From NCBI GenBank assembly GCA_029775855.1, contig JARVJZ010000001.1, positions 256,001 through 320,000 on the forward strand: 64,000 bases of DNA, in the 5' to 3' direction. Under the pieces are notes generated by a model. The model was not told where the DNA came from. It did not search any database and was given only the letters and a program-made list of their open reading frames with translations. Every line of letters starts with the position of its first letter. Position 1 is the first letter of the stretch. A program made the translations under genes and the position numbers. This DNA is from Nitrososphaeria archaeon. Its GTDB lineage: Archaea > Thermoproteota > Nitrososphaeria > Nitrososphaerales > JAAOZN01. This document shows positions 39,049-48,770 of this stretch, in pieces.

Positions 39049-40428
39049 GTGCCGAAAGAGAAGTATGATGTAATCATCGTTGGTGCGAGCCCAGCTGGCA
39101 TATTTGCAGCACTCGAGTTAACAAGAAAGTCAGATCTAAGTGTGCTTATAATCGATAAGGGCAGAGATATCTCTCAACGCCAACACCAAGGCGAAGCGCT
39201 GATATCAGGTTGGGGCGGCGCAGGCGCATTCAGCGACGGTAAACTTAACTTCTCCACAACTTCAGGAGGCTGGCTTAGAGAATATGTTGGGGTTGAGCGG
39301 CTGAAGGCTCTTATGAATGAAGTGGACAAGATCTATCTTGAATTCGGCGCATCAAACCAAGTATATGGCTTGGATATGGATGAGATAGGGCATATTGCGA
39401 GAAAAGCAGCTTTCGCAGGCTTAAAGCTACTCCCGTTCAAGATACGCCACTTAGGCTCAGATATGGCGCCACTTATACTGCAGAGGATGAAGAAGGCTTT
39501 AGAGGAGAGAGCCGACATAATGCTTGAAACTGAAGTAACCAAGATTCTGACTTCAAACAGCGTTGTAAGCGGTGTCGAGTTAAAAAGCGGCGAAAAGATC
39601 TACGCTGACTATGTTATCGTAGCCGCTGGGAGGGCTGGTGCAAGCTGGCTTAGGCAAGAAGCAGCTAGGCTTGGGATAAAGTTGATGGCTAACCCAGTAG
39701 ATATAGGGGTGAGGGTCGAGGTTCCAGCAGCGATCATGCAGGAGATTACAGATGTTCTCTACGAACCTAAGTTCCTCTTCTACTCAAAGTCTTTTGATGA
39801 TCGAGTTAGGACTTTCTGCGTCTGCCCAAACGGCTTCGTCGTCCCAGAGTATACCGATGATCTTATAACTGTAAACGGGCATAGCTATCTAAATAAGAAG
39901 AGCGACAACACAAACTTCGCCCTTCTCGTAAGCACCAAGTTCACAGAACCATTCAACGACCCAATAGCGTATGGCAAATACATAGCGAAGCTCGCCAACC
40001 TCCTAGTAGGAGGCGTTATGGTTCAGAGGTTAGCAGACCTAGATGAAGGTCGAAGATCGACCGCTGAAAGGCTGGCGAAGAGCATAGTAGAACCAACATA
40101 CAAGGACGCGAAGCCAGGAGATTTGAGCTTCGTCTTACCAGCAAGATACCTAATAGGCATAAAGGAGATGCTCCAAGCCCTAGACAAAGTTACGCCCGGA
40201 GTGTATAGTAAGCACACACTATTGTATGGTGTTGAGGTGAAGTTCTACTCCTCAAGGCTTGAGTTGAGCAGCTGCTTAGAAACGAAGATAAAGAACTTCT
40301 TTGCGATAGGAGACGGCGCCGGCATCACACGCGGCTTGGTTCAATCTTCAGCCTCTGGCTTAATAGCTGCAAGAGAAGTTCTTGCTAGACACGGAATAGA
40401 TGCTGAGGGCAAGGGCTTAGGTATTTAA
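39049..40428 (+). CDS. uncharacterised FAD-dependent oxidoreductase
   Basis: DVIIVGASPAG, GWGGAGAFSDGKL, RTFCVCPNG, VNGHS, EVKFYS, GDGAGITRG. Confidence 0.85.
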   Translation: MPKEKYDVIIVGASPAGIFAALELTRKSDLSVLIIDKGRDISQRQHQGEALISGWGGAGAFSDGKLNFSTTSGGWLREYVGVERLKALMNEVDKIYLEFGASNQVYGLDMDEIGHIARKAAFAGLKLLPFKIRHLGSDMAPLILQRMKKALEERADIMLETEVTKILTSNSVVSGVELKSGEKIYADYVIVAAGRAGASWLRQEAARLGIKLMANPVDIGVRVEVPAAIMQEITDVLYEPKFLFYSKSFDDRVRTFCVCPNGFVVPEYTDDLITVNGHSYLNKKSDNTNFALLVSTKFTEPFNDPIAYGKYIAKLANLLVGGVMVQRLADLDEGRRSTAERLAKSIVEPTYKDAKPGDLSFVLPARYLIGIKEMLQALDKVTPGVYSKHTLLYGVEVKFYSSRLELSSCLETKIKNFFAIGDGAGITRGLVQSSASGLIAAREVLARHGIDAEGKGLGI

Positions 40429-40454
40429 ACTCCAAATCTCTACACCTTCAGCTA

Positions 40455-41330
40455 TTGATGCCAGAAGAACTTAGCGTAATAGAAACATCCGATGAAGTAG
40501 TTTACTCAGCATACAGAGCGCGACGCAGAGATTCGAGGAAAGGTGAGAATGGACGAGTTCTTGTAGTAGGCGGGAGCTACCTATACCACGGGGCTCCTCT
40601 ACTCTCAGCATTAGGTGCATCTAAAGTAGGAGTAGATTTAGTCTACCTTGCTGTGCCGAAGGTAATATCTACACCTATAAGAGCGTACTCACCTACATTC
40701 ATAGTCTTACCTCTACCAGACTCAAAGCTCACCGTAGGGTGCGTAAACAAGCTTCTAAAGTGGCTTCCCGAAGTAGATGCTGCAGTAATAGGCCCAGGTT
40801 TAGGTAAGCAGAAGGTCGATGGCGCACAGAAGCTCGTAAGAGAACTTGCCTTCAAGGGTGTAAAGGTTGTGCTAGATGCTGACGCTCTTAGAAGCGAAGT
40901 AACCCAAGAAGTGTCTGGTAGGCTTAGTGTTCTTACACCACACCAAGGAGAATTCAAAAGAATCTTCAACAAAGATTTAGAACAAGAATTGGAGAAGAGA
41001 GCTTTAACCCTAAAAGAAGCTGCGTCGCAATCTAAGACAACCATCCTCCTAAAAGGGGCGGTAGATGTGATCTCAGACGGATCTAAAGTCGCCTTCAACA
41101 AAACAGGCACACCAGCCATGACCGTAGGAGGCACAGGAGATGTATTAGCTGGTGTGGTAGCGGCGTTCCTTGCTTTAGGAGCAGAGCCTTTTGCTGCTGC
41201 TGCAGCCGGAGCGTATATCAATGGTTTAGCTGGTGAACTTGCGGCTCAAGAACTTGGTCTTCATATCTCAGCTATTGATGTTGCTGAGAAGATACCGTAT
41301 GTGCTTAAACGCTTCGACCGAGTAAGATGA
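40455..41330 (+). CDS. nnrD: ADP-dependent NAD(P)HX dehydratase
   Basis: KGENGRVLVVGGS..YHGAP, GPGLG, VLDADAL, LTPHQGEF, GGTGDVLAG. Confidence 0.92.
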   Translation: MMPEELSVIETSDEVVYSAYRARRRDSRKGENGRVLVVGGSYLYHGAPLLSALGASKVGVDLVYLAVPKVISTPIRAYSPTFIVLPLPDSKLTVGCVNKLLKWLPEVDAAVIGPGLGKQKVDGAQKLVRELAFKGVKVVLDADALRSEVTQEVSGRLSVLTPHQGEFKRIFNKDLEQELEKRALTLKEAASQSKTTILLKGAVDVISDGSKVAFNKTGTPAMTVGGTGDVLAGVVAAFLALGAEPFAAAAAGAYINGLAGELAAQELGLHISAIDVAEKIPYVLKRFDRVR

Positions 41331-41336
41331 TTTGGT

Positions 41337-42044
41337 TTGCCCAGATATGGGCTAGGCTTATTTTGGCATAAAATAGAGGATGCACTTAAGAGTCTGATAC
41401 CAGTTTACGATAAGGTGAATAGAGTAATCTCCTTAGGGCAGGATATTAGGTTTAGGCGCTTGGGTGTAATTAAGGCAATACGCGGTGAGGATCTTATAGT
41501 GCTTGACGCTGGCTGTGGACCCGGCACACTGACTGACCTTATCCTTAAGCAAACCGATTATATAAAGCAGATTATACTTCTTGACCCTATTAGAGCGATG
41601 CTTAATCAGTCAAAGCGTAGGCTAAATGATGAGAGAACATACTTTGTGCAAGCGGTCTTTGAATACCTTCCCTTCAAAAACGAAGTTTTCGATGCGGTTG
41701 TTAGCGCCTTTGCATTAAGAGATGCCTTCGACCTCTCTTCAGCCATCTCTGAGATTAGCCGTGTTGTTAAAACTGTTGGCGGTAGGCTGCTCATAGTGGA
41801 TCTAGGTAAACCCGAAAATATGCTGCTTCAGGCTGCCATAGGTGTTTATTGGAGAATATTTGCACCACTTTTGGCTTTAGCGTACATCGGCAGATACGGG
41901 AGCATTTACCGTCTCCTCTATTTAACATATGTTAAGCTGCCTACTAACCCAGCTTTGAAGAGGATGATTAAAAGATTCTTTAAATATGTTGACCTAGAAG
42001 AGAAGTTAGTAGGCGGAGTAGTCATTCTTATAGCAAAGAATTAA
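41337..42044 (+). CDS. UbiE/MenG-like SAM-dependent methyltransferase
   Basis: YDKVNRVISLGQD, LDAGCGPG, LPF, FALRD. Confidence 0.8.
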   Translation: MPRYGLGLFWHKIEDALKSLIPVYDKVNRVISLGQDIRFRRLGVIKAIRGEDLIVLDAGCGPGTLTDLILKQTDYIKQIILLDPIRAMLNQSKRRLNDERTYFVQAVFEYLPFKNEVFDAVVSAFALRDAFDLSSAISEISRVVKTVGGRLLIVDLGKPENMLLQAAIGVYWRIFAPLLALAYIGRYGSIYRLLYLTYVKLPTNPALKRMIKRFFKYVDLEEKLVGGVVILIAKN

Positions 42045-42147
42045 CCTCAACCTCTAATGAGGATACAAGAAAACTAAAAGAATGGTAGTTAACTACACTA
42101 CCATTCTTCTAAAACTTATTAGTAGGTTCACTGGTAGTAATCTTGGA

Positions 42148-43578
42148 TTGAGCAAAACAGCTTCAGCGGCGGCTGTAATTTCAGTCATAGCTTTAGTTTT
42201 CGCAGCTTTAAGCGGCTATTCAACCTTCACCACTATCCAAGAGCCTAAATCTGAAGCAATCACTGCTGATATAGCTGGGTTAAGAGAGGCGCTGAGTCAG
42301 CTGAATACGAAGATAGTTGGAGTAGAGTCTGAGATTCAAGCATTATCACGGAATGCCTCACAACTATCCAATCAAGTAACTCAGCTTAAGGCTGAAAGCC
42401 TGAGTATGCTGAAAAGCCTCTCTAACCTAAACCAAAGTATATCAACACCAACTATTCTGGAAGCTATCTTAACTCTCAACCAAACACTTACCTCGAAGCT
42501 AACAACCTTAGATCAGAGCCTATCCAGCCTAAAAAAGAGGGTCGACGAGAGTGAGTCAAAGGTTGCTGCGATAAATTCAACCCTGCAGAGCCTAAACTCA
42601 ACTATAACAACATTAAGCAAAGAGTTAGCAGCAGTAAGTAAGCAAACCCCTGGCAGAGTATACGAAAAGGTCTACAAGTCAGTTGTACTCATAAGAACAT
42701 CAATCGGACAAGGCTCAGGCTTCATATACGATGATAACTTGGTCTTAACCAACTGGCATGTGGTAGAAGGTGTTAACAGCGCTGATGTTCAATTCTATGA
42801 CCAAACACGAACCTCCGCTTCAGTGCTAGCTACAGACGCCTATTCTGATGTCGCTGTGCTTAAGATCGATCGCAGACCGCCTGACTCTCTACCTTTGAAG
42901 CTTGCGAACTCCTCTGAAATATGGATAGGTGAAACTGTAGTGGCCATAGGTAATCCGTTAGGGTTAACTGGAAGCCTCTCAGTAGGTGTGATAAGCCAAG
43001 TAAACAGACTTCTAAACTTAGATCCAATTATAGTCCCAGTGCTTCAACTAGACATAACCATAGCCCCAGGCAGCTCGGGAGGACCCCTATTGAACTTGGT
43101 TGGTGAAGTCGTTGGGATAACTAACGCAGGCACAACAGTAGGGTTTAGCTTCGCCATACCCTCGAATATAGTCAAAAGAGTAGCATCAGATTTAGTGTCA
43201 AAAGGCTACTATCAGCACCCCTACTTCGGCTTCTCTGCGATAGCCCTAACACCAGAAAGCGTCAGAGCATATAACATCATGGATGTTGACCCATTCCAAA
43301 ATGGATTACTGGTTACAAGAGTTCTGCCAAATACGCCAGCCGATAACGCAGGATTAAGGGCTGCGACGCAAGTAAGAACAGCTTCAGGCATAGCCTATAG
43401 ACCTGGAGATATCATTTTGGCTGTTGATGGTAAGCAGACCTATACATTTGAGGAGTGGTCTGCGTATGTTTCCCAGAATGTCTCACCTAACCAGAAGGTG
43501 GTGTTGACTATACTTAGAGAGGGGAAGGTCATTTCGCTGCAAATCATACCTACAGCAAGACCGCCTTACCAAGGCTGA
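42148..43578 (+). CDS. membrane-anchored HtrA/DegP-like serine protease with coiled-coil stalk and PDZ
   Basis: TM + heptad region, TNWHVV, SDVAVL, GNPLG, PGSSGGP, PDZ-like GDIILAVDG. Confidence 0.9.
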   Translation: MSKTASAAAVISVIALVFAALSGYSTFTTIQEPKSEAITADIAGLREALSQLNTKIVGVESEIQALSRNASQLSNQVTQLKAESLSMLKSLSNLNQSISTPTILEAILTLNQTLTSKLTTLDQSLSSLKKRVDESESKVAAINSTLQSLNSTITTLSKELAAVSKQTPGRVYEKVYKSVVLIRTSIGQGSGFIYDDNLVLTNWHVVEGVNSADVQFYDQTRTSASVLATDAYSDVAVLKIDRRPPDSLPLKLANSSEIWIGETVVAIGNPLGLTGSLSVGVISQVNRLLNLDPIIVPVLQLDITIAPGSSGGPLLNLVGEVVGITNAGTTVGFSFAIPSNIVKRVASDLVSKGYYQHPYFGFSAIALTPESVRAYNIMDVDPFQNGLLVTRVLPNTPADNAGLRAATQVRTASGIAYRPGDIILAVDGKQTYTFEEWSAYVSQNVSPNQKVVLTILREGKVISLQIIPTARPPYQG

Positions 43579-43645
43579 GTTTAAGGTAACCTACTGCTTA
43601 AATACTTAATCTGATAAACATCCTAGATTGTAGAGGTCATAGGAC

Positions 43646-43789
43646 TTGCCTCAAGCATACTGTGTGAAGTGCAGGAAGAAGGTTGAAATCAAGAACCCTA
43701 CGCAGACCACTTTAAAGAATAAGAAGCCAGCAGTAGTTGGTGTCTGCCCTAACTGTGGAACAAAAGTCTTCAGAATAGGTAAAGCTTAG
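43646..43789 (+). CDS. small basic Zn-ribbon protein (DUF5679/Cren7-like)
   Basis: Manual translation MPQAYCVKCRKKVEIKNPTQTTLKNKKPAVVGVCPNCGTKVFRIGKA; followed by a T-tract; not in ORF track. Confidence 0.85.
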   Translation: MPQAYCVKCRKKVEIKNPTQTTLKNKKPAVVGVCPNCGTKVFRIGKA

Positions 43790-43903
43790 GGTTACTTACC
43801 ACCCACCCCTTTTTTCTTAAGAATCGCATGATAACCAAATGATGAGCTGTTCATTGTTTACCCAAAAAGATAAAAAACGCTAATGCAACTATACTTATAG
43901 TAG

Positions 43904-44386
43904 ATGCGAAATAAAAATCCTAGCAGCATAAAAAAGAGTCGTAGAAACGCCATCAAGAGTATACTAATCTTAGCTGGAGTGGCTGTTTTCAGCGCGCTCA
44001 TCTTTAACAGCTTCTTTGCAAAAGAAAGAAGTGTTGAGCTCAAAAAGCTACGAATCACCAATATAAAAGATGTTCCGAAGGGTACAGCTTACACATTTAA
44101 CGGCAGTTTATTAGATCAAAATCTTAAAGAAATATCTGGGCCTTTCATATTGATTCATCTACATAATGGGGAAATAAAGGCATTCTCCGCTGTATGCACA
44201 CACCTTGGGTGCACGACAAAATATAGTCAAGATACGAATATGATTGAGTGCCCTTGTCATGGTGGAAGATTTAACCCTCAGACTGGTGCTGTCGTCTCAG
44301 GTCCGCCGAATAAACCTCTACCAGAGGTTAATTTGACAGTAGATTCTAATGGTGATGTATATGCCATAGGTGTGAGAACACAATAG
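43904..44386 (+). CDS. membrane-anchored Rieske [2Fe-2S] protein (copy 1)
   Basis: SRRNAIK Tat + TM, CTHLGC...CPCHGGRF, GPP..PL. Confidence 0.9.
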   Translation: MRNKNPSSIKKSRRNAIKSILILAGVAVFSALIFNSFFAKERSVELKKLRITNIKDVPKGTAYTFNGSLLDQNLKEISGPFILIHLHNGEIKAFSAVCTHLGCTTKYSQDTNMIECPCHGGRFNPQTGAVVSGPPNKPLPEVNLTVDSNGDVYAIGVRTQ

Positions 44387-44434
44387 TGAGATTTATTAAT
44401 TATATGCAGAGCGCTTAAACTCTTTTGTGGAGTG

Positions 44435-45439
44435 TTAGTCTTCAAATCGTTCAAGTATTCTTTGCTTTTTTAAAGCGAATATATCTGTGTAAAGCGGCGT
44501 TCCTCCCCTTTTACGCTGCAAGTGGTTGTATGCGCTTAACGCTGCTCTAGCACCATCTCCAGCCGAGATTACTATCTGTTTATATCTGCTGTCTGTTATA
44601 TCGCCGGCTGCGAAAACTCCTGCTCTGCTCGTGCAGCAGTCTCGATCTGTCTTTACTTTACCATTTTCGTCGAGTTCAACAAATCCTTTAAGGAAATCTG
44701 TCTTGGCTTCAAAGCCTAGCTCAATAAAGAGATAGTCAACCTTGATTTCACGTTGAGCTTCTCCAAATGGTCCTTGGACGATGATGGATTCTAGTCTATC
44801 TGAGCCTTTAACCTCTGATACAGATGAGAGAGTTATTAATTCAACGTTTTTCTTATCTTCTAAGAATCTTGTCAGATCTATTGGCTCACCTATTCCACCC
44901 CACCAATAAATCAAATATACCTTTTCAGCAACTCTAGAAAGTAATGATGTAGATAGGAGAACCCTTTCTCCGAAGCCTACTACAGCAACAACTTTACCTT
45001 TGCATTCCTCGAGATCACAATAGGCACAGTAAGATATACCTCTACCTTCATATTTCTCCTCATCTTTAACCTCTAAGCGCTTAGGAGTTTCGCCGAATGC
45101 CAATATGAGTGTATAGCTCTCTATTTCCCCACGTGTAGTCAGTATGTGGAAAATGCTGTTTCCATCCTCCCATACTTTAAGCACTTCTGCAAACACAAAA
45201 TTAGCACCATAGCTTCTAGCCTGCTGCTCAAATCTGCTCATTAGCTCTAACCCTGTTATCGATAGAAAACCAGGGTAGTTTTCGATGCTTCTACGTGAAT
45301 AAGGTGAGTTGATTAGCGCTCTCCCTCCTATCTCTCTTGTTATTATAATTGTGCTTAATCCGAGCCTTGAGGTGAAGATTGCTGCAGAGAGCCCAGCGCT
45401 ACCTCCGCCTACCACCGCAACATCATATATCTCCACCAT
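44435..45439 (-). CDS. thioredoxin reductase-like flavoprotein (NADPH motifs degenerate)
   Basis: GGGSAG, IENYPG, GISYCAYCD, GVFAAGD, KQIVISAGDG. Confidence 0.85.
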   Translation of the reverse strand: MVEIYDVAVVGGGSAGLSAAIFTSRLGLSTIIITREIGGRALINSPYSRRSIENYPGFLSITGLELMSRFEQQARSYGANFVFAEVLKVWEDGNSIFHILTTRGEIESYTLILAFGETPKRLEVKDEEKYEGRGISYCAYCDLEECKGKVVAVVGFGERVLLSTSLLSRVAEKVYLIYWWGGIGEPIDLTRFLEDKKNVELITLSSVSEVKGSDRLESIIVQGPFGEAQREIKVDYLFIELGFEAKTDFLKGFVELDENGKVKTDRDCCTSRAGVFAAGDITDSRYKQIVISAGDGARAALSAYNHLQRKRGGTPLYTDIFALKKQRILERFED

Positions 45440-45563
45440 TTTCTATACCCAACTAATCAGAAATAAAAAAAGTAAAAAGGTTACTATTAAACTTTATATT
45501 AAAAATTCAATGAAATATAGTTAACATTAAATACTCCTCAAGCAAAGAGAATAATAGATATCT

Positions 45564-48146
45564 ATGCACACACTTGAAAAGATCAAAAAAGATGAGATAT
45601 GGCAAGACGAATGGATACCAACCGTATGCAGCATGTGTCTACATCATTGCGGAGTGCTTGTACACGTTGTAAATGGTGTCGCTATCAAAGTTGACCCAGA
45701 CCCAGATTGCCCAGATAACGAAGGGCATAACTGCGCAAAAGCACAAGGTCTTTTACTTAAGCAGTATGATCCGCATAGGATTACGAAGCCTCTTATGCGC
45801 ACAAACTCTGAAAAGGGTGTCGGTGTAGATCCGAAGTGGAAGGAGATAACTTGGGATGAAGCTTGGTCGATAATAGTTGAGAAGTTCAAGAGGATCTTAA
45901 AGGAGGATCCACGTAAACTACTATATGCGGGTACAGACTTCAGAAGAAGCTGGATTTGGGCTTGGGGCGGCGCGGTCTTCGGCACACCTAACGGCTTCTT
46001 TAGCGATGTAGGAACTACTTGTGGTGGAGGCTACCATCCAGTGAACGGGATAATGTTCGGCTCCTTCGCAACACAGCCAGACTGGTACCGCTGCAACTAT
46101 CTTCTTCAGATTGGGGGTGGTGATGGGTTTGAGTCGCATCTACATTTAGCGGGTAATGCGAAGAGGTGTGCTGACGCTAGAATGAGGGGTATGAAGGTTG
46201 TCTCAGTAGATCCGAGGATGGCTACCGTATCCGTGAAGGCTGATGAGTGGATACCGATAAGGCCTGGAACAGACGGATGCTTTGTTCTATCACTCATGTA
46301 CGTGATGGTGCACGAGCTTGGAAAGTATGATAAGGAGTTTCTTAAGAAGCGTACAAATGCGCCATACCTCATAGGAGCAGATGGCTATTACGTCAGAGAT
46401 AGGGATAGTAAGAAGCCTCTAATATGGGATCCAATAGATCAGAAGCCTAAGCCCTTCAACGACAAGTCGATAAAAGACTTCGCACTCCTAGGAACATATT
46501 TTGTTGATGGCGTAGAATGCAAACCAGCCTTCCAACTTCTATTTGATAAACTCAAAGAATACCCACCTGAAAAGGCTGAGAAGATAACCACAGTACCAGC
46601 GTCCACAATAAGGAGAATCGCAAAAGAGTTTGTTGAAGCGGCGAGAATAGGTGAAACCATAGTCATAGATGGGGTGGAATACCCGTATAGACCAGCTTGT
46701 CTACAGTGGTATCGAGGAGCACACGCACACGAGCACTCATGGCTCGACAACCTCGCGTTCAAAACCTTGAACCTACTCGTAGGAAACACAGATATGCCAG
46801 GTGGGCACCTAAACATACCCCTAGGTTGGGACCCACATATAGATGCTTGGAGCTTGAAGTATCTTGGTAGACCGGGTCCGTCTTGGAACTTTGTCGAGCC
46901 TGATGAGGATGGTGTAACTAAGCCTTGGCTCTACGAGCTTAGACCACCTGTGCCATTCAAGTATCCTCCAGATCATCTGGATCTGCTTGAATATCTGCCT
47001 GTTGCTGTTGAGCCAGGGCACATATACCCTGAGGCTATTCTTAACCCCGATAGGTTTGGCATCACATATAGGCCTGAGGCTGCGCTCTTCATACACGCTA
47101 ATCCCGTGTGGAACATACCCGAGTCGTTCAAGACCATAGAAGCCATCAAAAAGCTCGACTTAGTGGTTGCTATGGATGTTCAAGCTGTGAGCGAAACAAC
47201 CTCTTTAGCCGATATCGTGCTACCAGACTACACCTACCTCGAAGCCTGGGGCATAGAGCACTGTGAAACACCCTTCATATGGGGACACATACTCAGACGC
47301 CCAGTGCTTAAACCTCCAGAAACATGCATGGACGCTACGGACTTTCTAACAGAACTCTCAGATAGGCTCGGAATCTTAGATAAGTGGAATGGATTCTTGA
47401 ACTGGCGCTTCATAGCGCCGTTCGGTAAGAATGAGTATCTGCTTGAACCTAATAGGAAGTATAGGGTTGAGGAGTTTCTTGATAGGTGGATGAGGGCGCA
47501 GCACGGCGTCGGCTTAGACTGGTTCATCGAGCATAAGTGGAATATGAGGAAGAAGACCCCTAAGGAGCTCTACTGGCCTTATGGTGATACGAGGATACCT
47601 CTATACGTTATGTGTGTGAAGCAGTATGGTGATGAGCTTAGGAAGCAGTTTGCGGAGCTAGGCTACCCGAAGGATTGGATGAAGAATTGGTGCGACGACT
47701 ACCTACCGCTACCAGAGTGGAAGCCCTCCAAGATACACAACCCAGATTCAGAATACGACCTATACATGATATACTACAAGCTCCCGCATATAACATTCAG
47801 CGACTTGGCTACAGGCGCTTGGATCTCGGAGGTGCTGCAGAAGAGAGCAGACATAGTCAGAGTTCAGATAAACACTCAAACCGCTAGGAAGAAGGGGCTC
47901 AAAGACGGAGACAAAGTGATAATAAGATCCAAAACGGCGCAGATGAAGGCTATAGTGCACGTCACTGAAGGTGTCCATCCAGATGTGGTAGCAGTAAGCA
48001 ACGCAGGCAAATGGGTCAAACACCCTTGGGCGATAAACTATGCACCAACCTCAAGCGCCCTACTACAAGGAGGCGTAGACTTTACATGCAAGGTCTCAGG
48101 ATGCCCAGAAACCGCGACTAGAGTTACAATTGAGAAGGAGGCTTAA
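45564..48146 (+). CDS. cytoplasmic molybdopterin (DMSO reductase family) oxidoreductase catalytic subunit
   Basis: CSMCLHHC...CAKA FeS motif, DPHRITKPL, KADEWIPIRPGTD, ADIVLPDYTYLE; no Tat signal. Confidence 0.88.
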   Translation: MHTLEKIKKDEIWQDEWIPTVCSMCLHHCGVLVHVVNGVAIKVDPDPDCPDNEGHNCAKAQGLLLKQYDPHRITKPLMRTNSEKGVGVDPKWKEITWDEAWSIIVEKFKRILKEDPRKLLYAGTDFRRSWIWAWGGAVFGTPNGFFSDVGTTCGGGYHPVNGIMFGSFATQPDWYRCNYLLQIGGGDGFESHLHLAGNAKRCADARMRGMKVVSVDPRMATVSVKADEWIPIRPGTDGCFVLSLMYVMVHELGKYDKEFLKKRTNAPYLIGADGYYVRDRDSKKPLIWDPIDQKPKPFNDKSIKDFALLGTYFVDGVECKPAFQLLFDKLKEYPPEKAEKITTVPASTIRRIAKEFVEAARIGETIVIDGVEYPYRPACLQWYRGAHAHEHSWLDNLAFKTLNLLVGNTDMPGGHLNIPLGWDPHIDAWSLKYLGRPGPSWNFVEPDEDGVTKPWLYELRPPVPFKYPPDHLDLLEYLPVAVEPGHIYPEAILNPDRFGITYRPEAALFIHANPVWNIPESFKTIEAIKKLDLVVAMDVQAVSETTSLADIVLPDYTYLEAWGIEHCETPFIWGHILRRPVLKPPETCMDATDFLTELSDRLGILDKWNGFLNWRFIAPFGKNEYLLEPNRKYRVEEFLDRWMRAQHGVGLDWFIEHKWNMRKKTPKELYWPYGDTRIPLYVMCVKQYGDELRKQFAELGYPKDWMKNWCDDYLPLPEWKPSKIHNPDSEYDLYMIYYKLPHITFSDLATGAWISEVLQKRADIVRVQINTQTARKKGLKDGDKVIIRSKTAQMKAIVHVTEGVHPDVVAVSNAGKWVKHPWAINYAPTSSALLQGGVDFTCKVSGCPETATRVTIEKEA

Positions 48147-48149
48147 ACC

Positions 48150-48761
48150 TTGGTTAGGCTTGGGATGATAATCGACCTAAAGAGGTGCATAGGCTGCGAC
48201 AGCTGCACACTAGCCTGCAAAGCAGAGCAAGGCACACCAAAAGGTGTACTCTTTTCACGTGTCTACCGTAAACTTTACGGCGAGTACCCTAGGGTGAAGG
48301 GATTCTTTCTACCAGTGCTATGTAACCATTGTGAGAACCCCTCATGCGAGAAAGCTTGTCCAACAAGAGCGATCTACCGAACAAAGGATGGTGTAGTGCT
48401 CATAGATGAGGAAAAGTGCTCTGGTGTTAGAGCTTGCGTTTCAGCCTGCCCATATGGCGCCATATTCTTCCCTCTTGAAGATGGGTACTTCCCAAATAAG
48501 ATGACAGTATACGAGGAGTTTCATAACAAGTATAGGAAGAAGGATATAGCGTTAAAGTGTAACCTATGCTACCATAGGCTTAAGGAGGGGAAGGAGCCTG
48601 CTTGTGTCGTAGCCTGCCCCACAGAATGCAGAATCTTTGGAGACTTGGATGACCCGAACAGCAAACCCAACAGATATATACGTGAAAGGAAGCCGCAAGT
48701 TAAACCCTTACCTCTCAGACCTGAAACTGGAAATAAACCTAAGGTACTCTACCTACCCTAA
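48150..48761 (+). CDS. 4Fe-4S dicluster electron-transfer subunit (DmsB/PadC-like)
   Basis: CIGCDSCTLAC, CNHCENPSC..AC, CSGVRACVSACP, CNLC. Confidence 0.9.
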   Translation: MVRLGMIIDLKRCIGCDSCTLACKAEQGTPKGVLFSRVYRKLYGEYPRVKGFFLPVLCNHCENPSCEKACPTRAIYRTKDGVVLIDEEKCSGVRACVSACPYGAIFFPLEDGYFPNKMTVYEEFHNKYRKKDIALKCNLCYHRLKEGKEPACVVACPTECRIFGDLDDPNSKPNRYIRERKPQVKPLPLRPETGNKPKVLYLP

Positions 48762-48770
48762 GACCCTCTT

